Of a DNA stretch of 64,000 bases, positions 46,544 through 55,982 are shown piece after piece. Each line of letters opens with the position of its first letter. Within the stretch, counting starts at the first letter, position 1. The notes beneath the pieces were generated by a model. That model was not told where the DNA came from and made no database searches. It was given only the letters and a program-made list of their open reading frames with translations. The DNA is from an uncultured bacterium (GTDB lineage Bacteria > Patescibacteriota > Minisyncoccia > UBA6257 > 2-01-FULL-56-20). A program made the translations under genes and the position numbers. Location: positions 144,748 to 208,747 of the forward strand of contig OY970175.1 in the NCBI GenBank assembly GCA_963707865.1, given 5' to 3'.

Positions 46544-46627
46544 GCGCGGGTGTCGTAACGGTAGCCGAGCACGCTTGAGGTGCGTGTGCCGAAAGGCGTG
46601 GAGGTTCGAATCCTCTCCCGCGCACCA
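46544..46627 (+). tRNA. tRNA-Leu(GAG)
   Basis: GCGCGGG/CCCGCGC acceptor, CACGC TTGAGGT GCGTG, long variable arm, GGTTCGAATCC, encoded CCA. Confidence 0.95.
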
Positions 46628-46833
46628 TAATCAAACTAGCAGGAATTTTCAAAATCAAAAATTCCTGCTAAAATAGGTGTAAGCGGTGTCGTAAATACTC
46701 ACACATAAAAAACAGAAAGGCTCCCAAACAGAGGATGTCCTTTCTGCGGGAGCCAGCGCGATCCCAGTTGAACACATCACTTAAATCTTTCGAAGACTGT
46801 TCGGGCCCGCGCACAAATTGGTATGATGAAAGA

Positions 46834-47367
46834 ATGCAGGAATATGTGACCGAGGCCGTCGTGTTGGAGAAGGGGCCGCTCCGGGATTTTGACGCCCGCT
46901 ATTCTTTTTTTGCGAGGAGGTGCGGGAAGATCGTCGGAAAAGCAACGAGCGCAAGGAAGATCACGTCCAAGCTTGTGGGACATCTGGAACCGGGCACGCT
47001 CGTCAGGGTACGTTTCTTGGCACGGAATGGTGGGAACGGCAATGGCGTGCAGATCGCGGATGCCTTAAAATACGGCAAGCTTGCCGCGTCGCTCACCGAT
47101 CTCCATTTTTTGAACAAGATGCTTCTAGAGGGGGAACCCGATGCCGCGCTGTGGAATGAACTCACGCGGGAGCACAGGGAGCAGCGCTTCCCCTGGGGAA
47201 GCGTGCTGCGGATTCTCGGCTGGGACCCGCGAGAAGCGGTTTGCGAAGAATGCGGCAAGGACAGAAAGGCCGCCGCGTTTTATATCCCGAAGCAGGAATT
47301 TTTCTGCGCCTCATGCGCTTCAAAATTGGAGCGGGATGCGCTACTATTACTAGGAGATGAGCCCTAA
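46834..47367 (+). CDS. recO: DNA repair protein RecO (short)
   Basis: EAVVL...GKI...ARKITSKL.GHLEP OB-fold; C-terminal CxxC...CxxC. Confidence 0.8.
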   Translation: MQEYVTEAVVLEKGPLRDFDARYSFFARRCGKIVGKATSARKITSKLVGHLEPGTLVRVRFLARNGGNGNGVQIADALKYGKLAASLTDLHFLNKMLLEGEPDAALWNELTREHREQRFPWGSVLRILGWDPREAVCEECGKDRKAAAFYIPKQEFFCASCASKLERDALLLLGDEP

Positions 47368-49243
47368 GTATAACCCAAACGCGATTTGGCAGAGCAAAAA
47401 GAAGAAATTTGAATACGAGGCGCCGGAGCCCATGCCGCCCAGGTCTGCGCCACCGAAATCCGTGCCACCACGGCCTCCGGAGCCTGCCGAGGAGTTTGAC
47501 GAAGGAGAGCCGGCGAAGAGCCACGCCCTCGTTTGGTTTTTAGTTGTCTTTGTCGTCCTCGTGAGCGGGGGTATATTGTACTTTTTTCTTTTTAAACCGC
47601 CAGGAGGTCCCAACGTGAGCATCGGATTTACAAAGCCCAATCAGGTACTCGTGGGCGATCCTTTCCCTCTTACCGTTTCACTCTCCAATTATTCTTCCAA
47701 CATTTTAAAGAGCGCGTCGCTTTCGATCACCCTGCCGGATAATGTTTCCTTTGTCGGGCAATCTCCTACCCAACGGACACTGGAGGAAACCCTCGGCGAT
47801 CTTGACCCCGCGAGTATAAAAAACGTTACTTCCACACTTATCGTGACGGGCGATCCAAAGAGTGTGAAGCGCGTTGACGTCAAGCTTACCTACAGCACGG
47901 ACGCCGCCGCAAAGACGCAGTTTGCGACCAATGGGGGGGCGGATCTCGTCGTGGGTGACTTCGCGATCAGCGTGAGCGTCGTCCCTCCGGGGAACGTGTT
48001 CAGTGGCCAGGATTTTGATACTGCGGTGACCTACACCAACAATACCTCAGACAATTTTCTGAACGTGAAGCTTGCGCTCCAATATCCGCCGGTTTTTTCG
48101 TTCACGCGGAGTAGTATGTCGCCTGCAAGCGCAGGCAACAACTCGTGGGATTTGGGAACTGTCCCCGCGATGGGAAGCGGGACGTTGACGATCACGGGCA
48201 ATGTCGTGGGACCGCAGAACGCGACCTATCAGCTGATAGGAGGTTTGAAGGAGGAGGTGATGGGCGAAACCTATGCCCTGAACGAACAGACGGCAAACCT
48301 TGCGATCAGCGCCTCGCCGCTTTCGCTTACTCTCACGCTTAACAATACTTCCGATTACGTGGCGCAGCCGGGCGATACGCTCACCTACGTTCTTTCCTAT
48401 GCCAATAATTCAAATACGACCTTTCAAAACATAGCACTCAAGGCGGCACTTACGGGTGAGATGTTTGATTTCGCGACGCTTCGGACGAACGGCGCGTTCA
48501 ATTCCCTCACTGACACCGTTACGTGGTCGGCCGCCAATACGCCGCAGCTTTTGACGCTCGCGCCGGGGCAGTCGGGATCGGTGAATATTCTTGTGAGGGC
48601 CGCATCGTCGTATCCCATCCGGCTTTTGAGCGACAAGAATTATTGGCTCAAGGTGAACGCCCAGATTTCGTCGCCTACGGTGCCGCCGGACACGGCGGCG
48701 AGTTCTACGGTCTCTGCCGCAAGTATAGAGAACAAAGTAGGCGGGAACATTTCCATTGCCGCGGAGGGCTATTGGCGAGACGCGAGTTCCGGTATTCTGA
48801 ATTCAGGACCGTACCCTCCGATCGTGAACCAGGCGACGCAATATACGATTCATTGGGCTATTGTGAATTACGCCACGGATGCACAAAACGTGACCGTATC
48901 GGCCTATCTCCAGTCGGGGACTGCGTGCACGGGCGTGATCCAGAGCAACATGACGACAGCACCATCTTGCAACGCGGCAACCGGCTTTGTCTCGTGGACT
49001 ATCCCTACGATTCCTGCGACGACCGGCATCGTGGGCCAGCCCGCCGAGGCGGTTTTTCAGGTGGCGAATACGCCGGCGGTCAACCAGGTGGGAAGCGCAG
49101 TGACATTGCTTGGCCCAACCACGCTCCAAGCGGCGGATGCGTTCACGAGCTCAACACTCACGGCCTCCGCGCCCGCGGTTACGACCGATCTGCCCAACGA
49201 CAAAACCATCAGTCCGGGTCAGGATCGCCGCGTCACACAATAA
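47357..49243 (+). CDS. Membrane-anchored Ig-like/DUF11 repeat surface protein
   Basis: Single TM, then Thr/Ser-rich beta repeats (PGDTLTYVLSYAN, WDLGTV, LAPGQSG). Confidence 0.8.
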   Translation: MSPKYNPNAIWQSKKKKFEYEAPEPMPPRSAPPKSVPPRPPEPAEEFDEGEPAKSHALVWFLVVFVVLVSGGILYFFLFKPPGGPNVSIGFTKPNQVLVGDPFPLTVSLSNYSSNILKSASLSITLPDNVSFVGQSPTQRTLEETLGDLDPASIKNVTSTLIVTGDPKSVKRVDVKLTYSTDAAAKTQFATNGGADLVVGDFAISVSVVPPGNVFSGQDFDTAVTYTNNTSDNFLNVKLALQYPPVFSFTRSSMSPASAGNNSWDLGTVPAMGSGTLTITGNVVGPQNATYQLIGGLKEEVMGETYALNEQTANLAISASPLSLTLTLNNTSDYVAQPGDTLTYVLSYANNSNTTFQNIALKAALTGEMFDFATLRTNGAFNSLTDTVTWSAANTPQLLTLAPGQSGSVNILVRAASSYPIRLLSDKNYWLKVNAQISSPTVPPDTAASSTVSAASIENKVGGNISIAAEGYWRDASSGILNSGPYPPIVNQATQYTIHWAIVNYATDAQNVTVSAYLQSGTACTGVIQSNMTTAPSCNAATGFVSWTIPTIPATTGIVGQPAEAVFQVANTPAVNQVGSAVTLLGPTTLQAADAFTSSTLTASAPAVTTDLPNDKTISPGQDRRVTQ

Positions 49244-49244
49244 C

Positions 49245-50606
49245 ATGCCGAAGAACGACCTCATGGAAAAAATCGTCTCACTCGCGAAGCGCCGCGGGTT
49301 CGTGTTTCCCGGATCGGAGATTTACGGCGGACTTGCAAACTCGTGGGATTACGGGCCGCTTGGGGTTGAATTAAAAAATAATATCAAAAGTTTTTGGTGG
49401 GAGCGATTTGTGCACCGGCGCGACGACATGGTCGGTCTGGATTCCGCGCTCATCATGAATCCGCAGGTGTGGATGGCGAGCGGGCATCTTTCGGCGGGTT
49501 TCGCCGATCTGCTGATTGAATGCAAAAAATGCCATAACCGTTATCGTGCAGATGATATCGGTTATGCGGTTCCGAAATCAGGCGAGGTTGATTCCTCTAA
49601 ACTCCCCGAGTGCCCTAATTGCAAATCAAGACAGTGGACGGAGGCACGCCAGTTCAATTTAATGTTCAAAACGTTCGTCGGGCCGGCGGAGGAGCAGGCG
49701 AATGTGGCGTATTTCCGGCCGGAGACCGCACAGGGGATATTTGTGGATTTCAAAAACATTTTGGATACCACGCGGCGGCAGCTGCCGTTCGGCGTCGCGC
49801 AGATGGGGAAGGCGTTTCGCAATGAGATCACGCCGGGCAATTTCATTTTCCGCACGCGCGAGTTTGAACAGATGGAAATTGAATATTTTATTCCGCCGCC
49901 CGCACGCAACGAGGACTGGAAGGATTATTTTGAGATGTGGCGGAAAGAAATGGTCGCGTGGATCAAAGATGTCGGTATTGATACGAAAAAGTTGCACGAA
50001 GTGGAGATCGGAGAGGGTGACCGCGCACACTATTCCAAGCGCACCATTGATTTTGAATTTGAGTATCCTTTCGGTCAGAAGGAACTCTATGGCCTGGCTT
50101 ACCGCACAGACTTTGACCTCAAAAACCATTTCAAGGAGCCGCCATACCACGACGCGCAGACAGGCGAGGCGTTCTGGCCGCACGTGGTTGAGCCGTCTCT
50201 TGGCGTTGATCGCACGGTCCTTGCCGTGCTTTTAAGCGCCTTTGCGGAGGACGGCGATCGCGTGTTTCTGAAGCTCAAGCCTCATCTCGCGCCGTACAAG
50301 GCAGCCGTGTTCCCGTTGCTTGCGAACAAGCCGAAGCTTGTGGAAGCGGCGAGGGAGATCTATAACGATCTTCGCAAACAATTTACAGTGGCGTGGGACG
50401 ATCGCGGCAATATTGGCAAACGCTATTACGCGCAGGATGAGATCGGAACGCCATTCTGCATTACGGTTGATTTTGATACGGTCGGTGAGGGCAACATGGA
50501 ACTCAAAGGCACTGTGACCGTGCGCGACCGCGACACAGCGAAGCAGGAGCGGATTGCGGTTGATACGCTGGCCGACTTTATTACAAAAAAGGTTTCGGTT
50601 TCATAA
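49245..50606 (+). CDS. glyQS: Glycine--tRNA ligase (alpha2 type)
   Basis: YGGL..WDYGPLG, RPETAQG, FRNEITP, FRTREFEQME, DEIGTP. Confidence 0.96.
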   Translation: MPKNDLMEKIVSLAKRRGFVFPGSEIYGGLANSWDYGPLGVELKNNIKSFWWERFVHRRDDMVGLDSALIMNPQVWMASGHLSAGFADLLIECKKCHNRYRADDIGYAVPKSGEVDSSKLPECPNCKSRQWTEARQFNLMFKTFVGPAEEQANVAYFRPETAQGIFVDFKNILDTTRRQLPFGVAQMGKAFRNEITPGNFIFRTREFEQMEIEYFIPPPARNEDWKDYFEMWRKEMVAWIKDVGIDTKKLHEVEIGEGDRAHYSKRTIDFEFEYPFGQKELYGLAYRTDFDLKNHFKEPPYHDAQTGEAFWPHVVEPSLGVDRTVLAVLLSAFAEDGDRVFLKLKPHLAPYKAAVFPLLANKPKLVEAAREIYNDLRKQFTVAWDDRGNIGKRYYAQDEIGTPFCITVDFDTVGEGNMELKGTVTVRDRDTAKQERIAVDTLADFITKKVSVS

Positions 50607-50631
50607 CGCGCGGGCGGTGAACGAACAAACC

Positions 50632-51936
50632 ATGGCGGAAAAATTCGTAATTAAAGGAGGCAAGCCGCTTTTCGGCGAGATCAAGCTCGCCGGCGCGAAG
50701 AACGCAGTCTCCAAAATGATGATAGCGTCGCTCCTCACGGACGAGCCGTGCATTTTGGAGAACATGCCGCAGATAGGCGACGTGGACATTGTCGTTGAGC
50801 TTTTGAAAACGATCGGGAGCGAAATAGAAATTGTGGGCTCCACAGCGAAGATTGAAACACGCGAGATCAAGAACAGCCGCGTTTCGGAGCTCACGCGACG
50901 GAACAGGATTCCCATCCTTGCTTTGGGGCCGCTCCTTGTGCGCGCGGGAGAAGCGGAAGTGCCGGTGTTGGGCGGCGACAAAATAGGCGCGCGGCCCGTG
51001 GACATCCATCTGGAAGCGCTTGCAAAATTCGGTGCGCAGCTCGCGATCACAAAGAACAGTTATCATGCATGGGCGAAGCATGGGCTCCACGGCGCGGAGA
51101 TTGAACTTCGGTTCCCGAGCGTGGGTGCCACGGAAAATACCATCCTCGCGGCGGTACTTGCAAAAGGAAAGACGGTCATCAAGAATGCGGCGCTGGAACC
51201 GGAGATTGTGGACCTCATAAAAATGCTCCAGAAAATGGGAGCTATTGTTGAGCTTGCGCCGCCGCGTACGATTACGATTGAGGGCGTGAAGCGCTTGCAC
51301 GGCGTGACACATCGGATCATACCGGACAGGAACGAGGCGGTTTCGTTCGCATGCCTTGCGATCGCGACGAACGGAAGGATTCTTGTGAAAGAGGCGCGGC
51401 AGGATGAGCTCATTACTTTTTTGAACGTCGTGCGAAGGCTCGGCGCCCAATACGAGGTGACGGATGGCGGCATTGCTTTTTGGCGGAAAAATTCATTGAA
51501 AGCACTTTCGGTGCGGACCGACGTGCATCCCGGATTTATGACCGATTGGCAGCAGCCGCTTTGCGTGCTCCTTACGCAGGCAAAGGGCATCTCAACGATC
51601 CACGAAACCATTTGGGAAGATCGCTTTGCCTATGCGCACGACCTGAACGAGATGGGCGCGAAGATCGTCGTGGGAGCAGAGTGCCCGCAGGGAGAAGAGT
51701 GTCGCTTGGCCGGAAAGGGATTTCTCCATTACGCGACCGTAGAAGGGCAAACCCCGCTTCGGAGCGCGAACCTTACTGTGCACGATTTACGCTCCGGGAT
51801 ACTTGACGTTCTCGCTGCGCTCATCGCCGACGGCGTTTCCGAGGTGGAAGGCATTCACGAAATAGACCGCGGCTACGAACACATTGACGGCCGTCTGCGC
51901 CAGCTCGGCGCGGACATAAGGAGGGTTTTGTTTTAG
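50632..51936 (+). CDS. murA: UDP-N-acetylglucosamine 1-carboxyvinyltransferase
   Basis: GAKNA, GGDKIGARPVD, SVGATEN, PGFMTD, DRGYE. Confidence 0.95.
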   Translation: MAEKFVIKGGKPLFGEIKLAGAKNAVSKMMIASLLTDEPCILENMPQIGDVDIVVELLKTIGSEIEIVGSTAKIETREIKNSRVSELTRRNRIPILALGPLLVRAGEAEVPVLGGDKIGARPVDIHLEALAKFGAQLAITKNSYHAWAKHGLHGAEIELRFPSVGATENTILAAVLAKGKTVIKNAALEPEIVDLIKMLQKMGAIVELAPPRTITIEGVKRLHGVTHRIIPDRNEAVSFACLAIATNGRILVKEARQDELITFLNVVRRLGAQYEVTDGGIAFWRKNSLKALSVRTDVHPGFMTDWQQPLCVLLTQAKGISTIHETIWEDRFAYAHDLNEMGAKIVVGAECPQGEECRLAGKGFLHYATVEGQTPLRSANLTVHDLRSGILDVLAALIADGVSEVEGIHEIDRGYEHIDGRLRQLGADIRRVLF

Positions 51937-52929
51937 GCACACACATATGGCGGACTAGGTTTTGAACTCGGCAAGCGCTTCGTTCGGCGTCTTGCCATTC
52001 AGGCCACAGTGTTCAAGGTTGTTGTACTCAGTATTCCACCATCGTACCCTTTGGCGCAAATCCTTTGCCGAAGCAAATGTTGTTTCGTGGTAGAGCGTTC
52101 TCTGGTCCGACCCATGCGAGCGTTCGACCTTGCCGTTCTGCGCGGGCTTCCCCGGATCGATGAGGTAGTGCACGATGCCGCGTTCGGCGCAGAAGCGGTC
52201 CAAAGCGTGTTGATGGGCAGGCGAAAGATCCGCCCGCTTGTACGTGCCCGTGTACCGGTTGGTGAAGGTCGCATGGTTGTCCGTCTTCACGCCGGTGATC
52301 CGATATTCAAATCGCCGGATGACATCCGCAAGAAAGAGGAGGGTGTTCTGCGTGGACTCTTCCTCGAAAATCCGGAGGTAGCGCCAGCGGGAGGCACAAT
52401 CGATCGCCGTATATTGAAAATATGCACGTCCCGCAACGGTTCCCGGCACATGCTTCACGTCGATCTCCATGAGGTCGCCAGGCTTCCAGGTGGCTTTGAT
52501 ATATTTGTACGTGATCTTTTTGGTACGATACTTCCGCACGAGCCTTTCTGTCTTCAAGATTTTTCCGATGGTGCGCTCATGGATATGGATGCCCACCTTT
52601 TCGAGCTTCCAATGCAGTTTGAGCGCGCAGACCTTTCTCTTCTTGCGCAACGCGATGATTGCTTCCTTGATGCTGATCGGTGTTTCCTTGGGCGAGGTCT
52701 TCGGCCGGGTGGAACGCGGTTCAAGCGCTGATTCACCGCCACGCCGGTATGCCTGCAGCCACCGCTCCAAGGTCCGCTTCCCATACGGAAACACCTTCAT
52801 CACTTCGGTGGTGCTTGTGCGACCTTTTACAATGGGTTCCACCCACCGCACCCGCTCTTGTTTGATATTCTCAGCCATATGGATCGACATTCCCCGATTG
52901 TACGGGAGTCCGCCATATGTGTGTGCACA
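51934..52929 (-). mobile_element. IS481-family insertion sequence
   Basis: Perfect 20-bp inverted repeats GCACACACATATGGCGGACT (51937-51956 / 52907-52926); TGT terminus at the right end only. Confidence 0.85.
51955..52890 (-). CDS. IS481-family DDE transposase
   Basis: N-terminal HTH, EIDVKHV, AIDCASR, TDNH, NGKVERSH, GLNGKTP. Confidence 0.92.
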   Translation of the reverse strand: MSIHMAENIKQERVRWVEPIVKGRTSTTEVMKVFPYGKRTLERWLQAYRRGGESALEPRSTRPKTSPKETPISIKEAIIALRKKRKVCALKLHWKLEKVGIHIHERTIGKILKTERLVRKYRTKKITYKYIKATWKPGDLMEIDVKHVPGTVAGRAYFQYTAIDCASRWRYLRIFEEESTQNTLLFLADVIRRFEYRITGVKTDNHATFTNRYTGTYKRADLSPAHQHALDRFCAERGIVHYLIDPGKPAQNGKVERSHGSDQRTLYHETTFASAKDLRQRVRWWNTEYNNLEHCGLNGKTPNEALAEFKT

Positions 52930-53003
52930 TTACCGTTTCAGCTTGACAAAATATCTGGTTGTGCTATTATCCTCTTTGGGGGGTAATTGACACGGAGGTG
53001 GAA

Positions 53004-53381
53004 ATGAGAGATAAGATCCTTTGGGCAGTGACGGCAATATTTTTCGCCGTTGTGATCGGCGTGGTAACGAGGCATGACGAACCTCAGACTCTCAAGTTAA
53101 GGTGCGTCGAGGGCGGCTGCGTCGGGGTAGTAATTGCCCCCGACGTGGCAAGAGCAGAGAAAGCCCCCACTTTCAAGTATTTAAAAGAAAGTTCAGATTT
53201 GGAAGTGGATTACTGTTTCGAAGAGAGAGGAGAACAGGCATGTCCTTCATTGCTCTTCGACCATGATGGCGTTGATGAGCGAGGCATGTCTCGCCCGCTC
53301 GCTCTCAACCTTCAGCAGATTTCATTCCAAGACGAGGCGGGACGCGAGGTAGGTGGCATCGCAGTATGGCCGCCTCGTTAG
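53004..53381 (+). CDS. Hypothetical exported protein
   Basis: GGAGG before ATG 53004; N-terminal TM; 4 Cys; hairpin follows. Confidence 0.6.
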   Translation: MRDKILWAVTAIFFAVVIGVVTRHDEPQTLKLRCVEGGCVGVVIAPDVARAEKAPTFKYLKESSDLEVDYCFEERGEQACPSLLFDHDGVDERGMSRPLALNLQQISFQDEAGREVGGIAVWPPR

Positions 53382-53454
53382 GGTTCAGGGGCGGGAGTCG
53401 CGGAATATCGCGATTCCCGCCGCTTTACTTTTTGGGCCCCTTCGCGTTAAATGT

Positions 53455-54468
53455 ATGGGTATGTTCCGCAAGAAAATTGGCATTGATTTGGGGACGGCCA
53501 ATACCGTCGTTTTTGTACCTGGGAAGGGCTTTATTATCAACGAGCCGACCATCGTAGCACTCACGCAGCCGGATAATTCGGTATTGGCGGTGGGGAGCGA
53601 AGCGAAGGAAATGATTGGCCGGACCCCGGACGAGATCGTGGCCTACCGCCCGCTCAAGGACGGCGTGATCGCCGATTATTACATCACGAAGGCGATGCTT
53701 ACGTATTTCATTTCAAAAGCCGTGGGCTGGTTCAATTTGGTAAAGCCGGACGTGGTGATCTCCGTGCCTGCGGGCATCACGCAGACCGAGCGGCGCGCGG
53801 TGATGAACGCGGCGCGCGAAGCGGGCGCGGGGAATGCGTTTATCGTGCGCGAGCCGATCCTTGCGGCGTTGGGCGCCGGCATTCCCATCAATGCGCGTTC
53901 GGGGAACATGATCATCAACATCGGCGGCGGCACATCGGAACAGGCGGTGATTGCGTTGGGGAGTATCGTGTCATGGAACAGTTTGCGCATCGCAGGGAAC
54001 AAATTTGACCAGGCGATCATGGATTACGTGAAAAAGAAATACGGCCTCGCGATTGGCGAACAAACTGCCGAGAACGTGAAGATCGAGATCGGTTCTGCGA
54101 TGCCGACGAAGGAAAAAATGGAATATCAGATCCGCGGGCGGGACCTCGTGACCGGACTTCCGAAGGACATCACAATCAATTCAAACGAAATTGCGGAGGC
54201 GCTGAATCCCTTCCTTATTGAGATCGCGAGTGCCATCCAAAATGTCTTCAACGTGACGCCGCCGGAGCTTGTGGCAGACATTATGGAAAAGGGCATCATC
54301 CTTTCGGGCGGCTCGGTGCAGCTTCACCACATGCCCGAGTTTTTTGAGCGTTTCTTGGGTGTGCAGGCCTATGTGGCCGAGGATCCGCTCTTTTGTGTCG
54401 CGAAGGGCACCGGCCTCATCCTGAACCATCTGGATACCTATAAGCGTACGTTGCTCAATAAGCGGTAA
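53455..54468 (+). CDS. mreB: Rod shape-determining protein MreB
   Basis: GIDLGTANT, RPLKDGVIAD, NIGGGTSE, TPPEL. Confidence 0.96.
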   Translation: MGMFRKKIGIDLGTANTVVFVPGKGFIINEPTIVALTQPDNSVLAVGSEAKEMIGRTPDEIVAYRPLKDGVIADYYITKAMLTYFISKAVGWFNLVKPDVVISVPAGITQTERRAVMNAAREAGAGNAFIVREPILAALGAGIPINARSGNMIINIGGGTSEQAVIALGSIVSWNSLRIAGNKFDQAIMDYVKKKYGLAIGEQTAENVKIEIGSAMPTKEKMEYQIRGRDLVTGLPKDITINSNEIAEALNPFLIEIASAIQNVFNVTPPELVADIMEKGIILSGGSVQLHHMPEFFERFLGVQAYVAEDPLFCVAKGTGLILNHLDTYKRTLLNKR

Positions 54469-54472
54469 AACG

Positions 54473-55348
54473 ATGCCACGGGTGCTTGGGCATGAAAAGA
54501 TAATCGGAGATCTTACGCGGCTTGCTCAAGATGGCAAGCTTTCGCACGGGTATATTTTCTACGGACTTCCTATGGTTGGGAAGCGCACGACGGCACTCGC
54601 TCTCGCGCATGGCTTGGAGAAAGGCGCATTCGAAGCGCCTTCGGAAAGCGAAATCCTGCAGGATGCTAAGGTGATCGACGTAGCATTTGCGAAGCAGTTG
54701 GATCCCAATTTGAAGGATTCCATCAGCATTGATGCGGTCCGCGAGATCAAAAATTTCCTTTGGCAGAAGCCGAATGTGAGCACGAAGCGCACGCTTGTCA
54801 TTGATGATGCGGAATTTTTGACGAATGACGCACAGAATGCGCTTTTGAAAATCACCGAGGAACCGCCAGTGTCCTCGCTTTTGATTGTTATCACCTCCGA
54901 TTTGGAAAGCATTATGCCGACCATCCTTTCGCGGCTGCAGAAGATTTACTTCGGTGCGGTGCCGGAAGCGGCGCTCGCGGCATGGATGGAAAAAGAGCAG
55001 GGGGTTCCGAAGGCGAAGGCGGCGTTGCTTACGAAGAAAGCGCGGGGTTTGCCGGGGCTTGCATGGCGGTTGCTCAATGACGAGGTGTTCCAAAAAAATC
55101 TTGCGTTGGCAGAAACATTCTTGAAAACCCTGCCCGCCGGACGGCGCGATGTTGTGAAGAGTTTGTTGGAGCCCGAGGAGTTCAACTTACGGAAATTTCT
55201 GGACGCGGTTATAATAATCCTTGCGTGGGAGAAGCCGTCCAAAGCGAACGTTGCGCTTTGGCACAAGGCGCTCGCGCTGTATCAGAACATCACCAATTTC
55301 GGTTTGAATCCGCGTTTGCAGTTGGAAAATCTTATTGCGCAATCATGA
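54473..55348 (+). CDS. holB: DNA polymerase III delta' subunit
   Basis: HGYIFYG..VGK, AQNALLKITEEPP, PTILSR. Confidence 0.88.
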   Translation: MPRVLGHEKIIGDLTRLAQDGKLSHGYIFYGLPMVGKRTTALALAHGLEKGAFEAPSESEILQDAKVIDVAFAKQLDPNLKDSISIDAVREIKNFLWQKPNVSTKRTLVIDDAEFLTNDAQNALLKITEEPPVSSLLIVITSDLESIMPTILSRLQKIYFGAVPEAALAAWMEKEQGVPKAKAALLTKKARGLPGLAWRLLNDEVFQKNLALAETFLKTLPAGRRDVVKSLLEPEEFNLRKFLDAVIIILAWEKPSKANVALWHKALALYQNITNFGLNPRLQLENLIAQS

Positions 55349-55905
55349 CCACAGGAGAACAATTCATCAAAGATCTTGAGGCAGGGCTTTCGGCCGCCGT
55401 CCAAAAATTGAGACAAGATTTCGGGCAGATCCGCGGTAACCGGCCGTCGGTGGAGCTTGTGCAAGACATCAAAGTGAACCTGTATGACCAAACGCTTTCC
55501 GTCAGGGAGCTTGGCTCGTTAAGTATTCTCCCTCCGCGCACCATCCAGGTCGCCGTGTGGGATCAAAACGCCCTCGCCGCCGTGATGAAGGCGATTGAAA
55601 GCGCGCACCTCGGACTTTCTACAACGAACAACGGCAATAACATTTTGGCGACGCTTTCGCCCCTTGGCAACGAGCGGCGCGAGGAGATGGCGAAACTTGT
55701 GAAAAAGACCGCGGAGACGGCGAGGATCCAGATCCGCGCGAAACGCGATGAAACAATGAAGCGACTAAAAGAAGCGGAGAACAAAAAGGAAATCACCGAA
55801 GACGAAGCGTTCAAGTCAAAAGAAAAGGCCCAGAAAGCAGTGGACAAGGCGAACGGGGAAGTGGAGACGCTCGTGAATGCAAAACTGCAGGAGCTGGGAG
55901 CGTAG
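55345..55905 (+). CDS. frr: Ribosome recycling factor
   Basis: IRGNR, ERREE, RIQIRAKR, ITEDE. Confidence 0.93.
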   Translation: MTTGEQFIKDLEAGLSAAVQKLRQDFGQIRGNRPSVELVQDIKVNLYDQTLSVRELGSLSILPPRTIQVAVWDQNALAAVMKAIESAHLGLSTTNNGNNILATLSPLGNERREEMAKLVKKTAETARIQIRAKRDETMKRLKEAENKKEITEDEAFKSKEKAQKAVDKANGEVETLVNAKLQELGA

Positions 55906-55982
55906 TCCGGTATGAGCATTCCGCATTACATTTTAATTTTGTCAACTACCTTTGGTGGTGATTTGCGTATATATTAGAGAGT

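Noticed and set aside
46680-46812. 6S or SRP RNA
   Set aside because: Could not match the diagnostic motifs by eye; kept only as an unnamed structured candidate.
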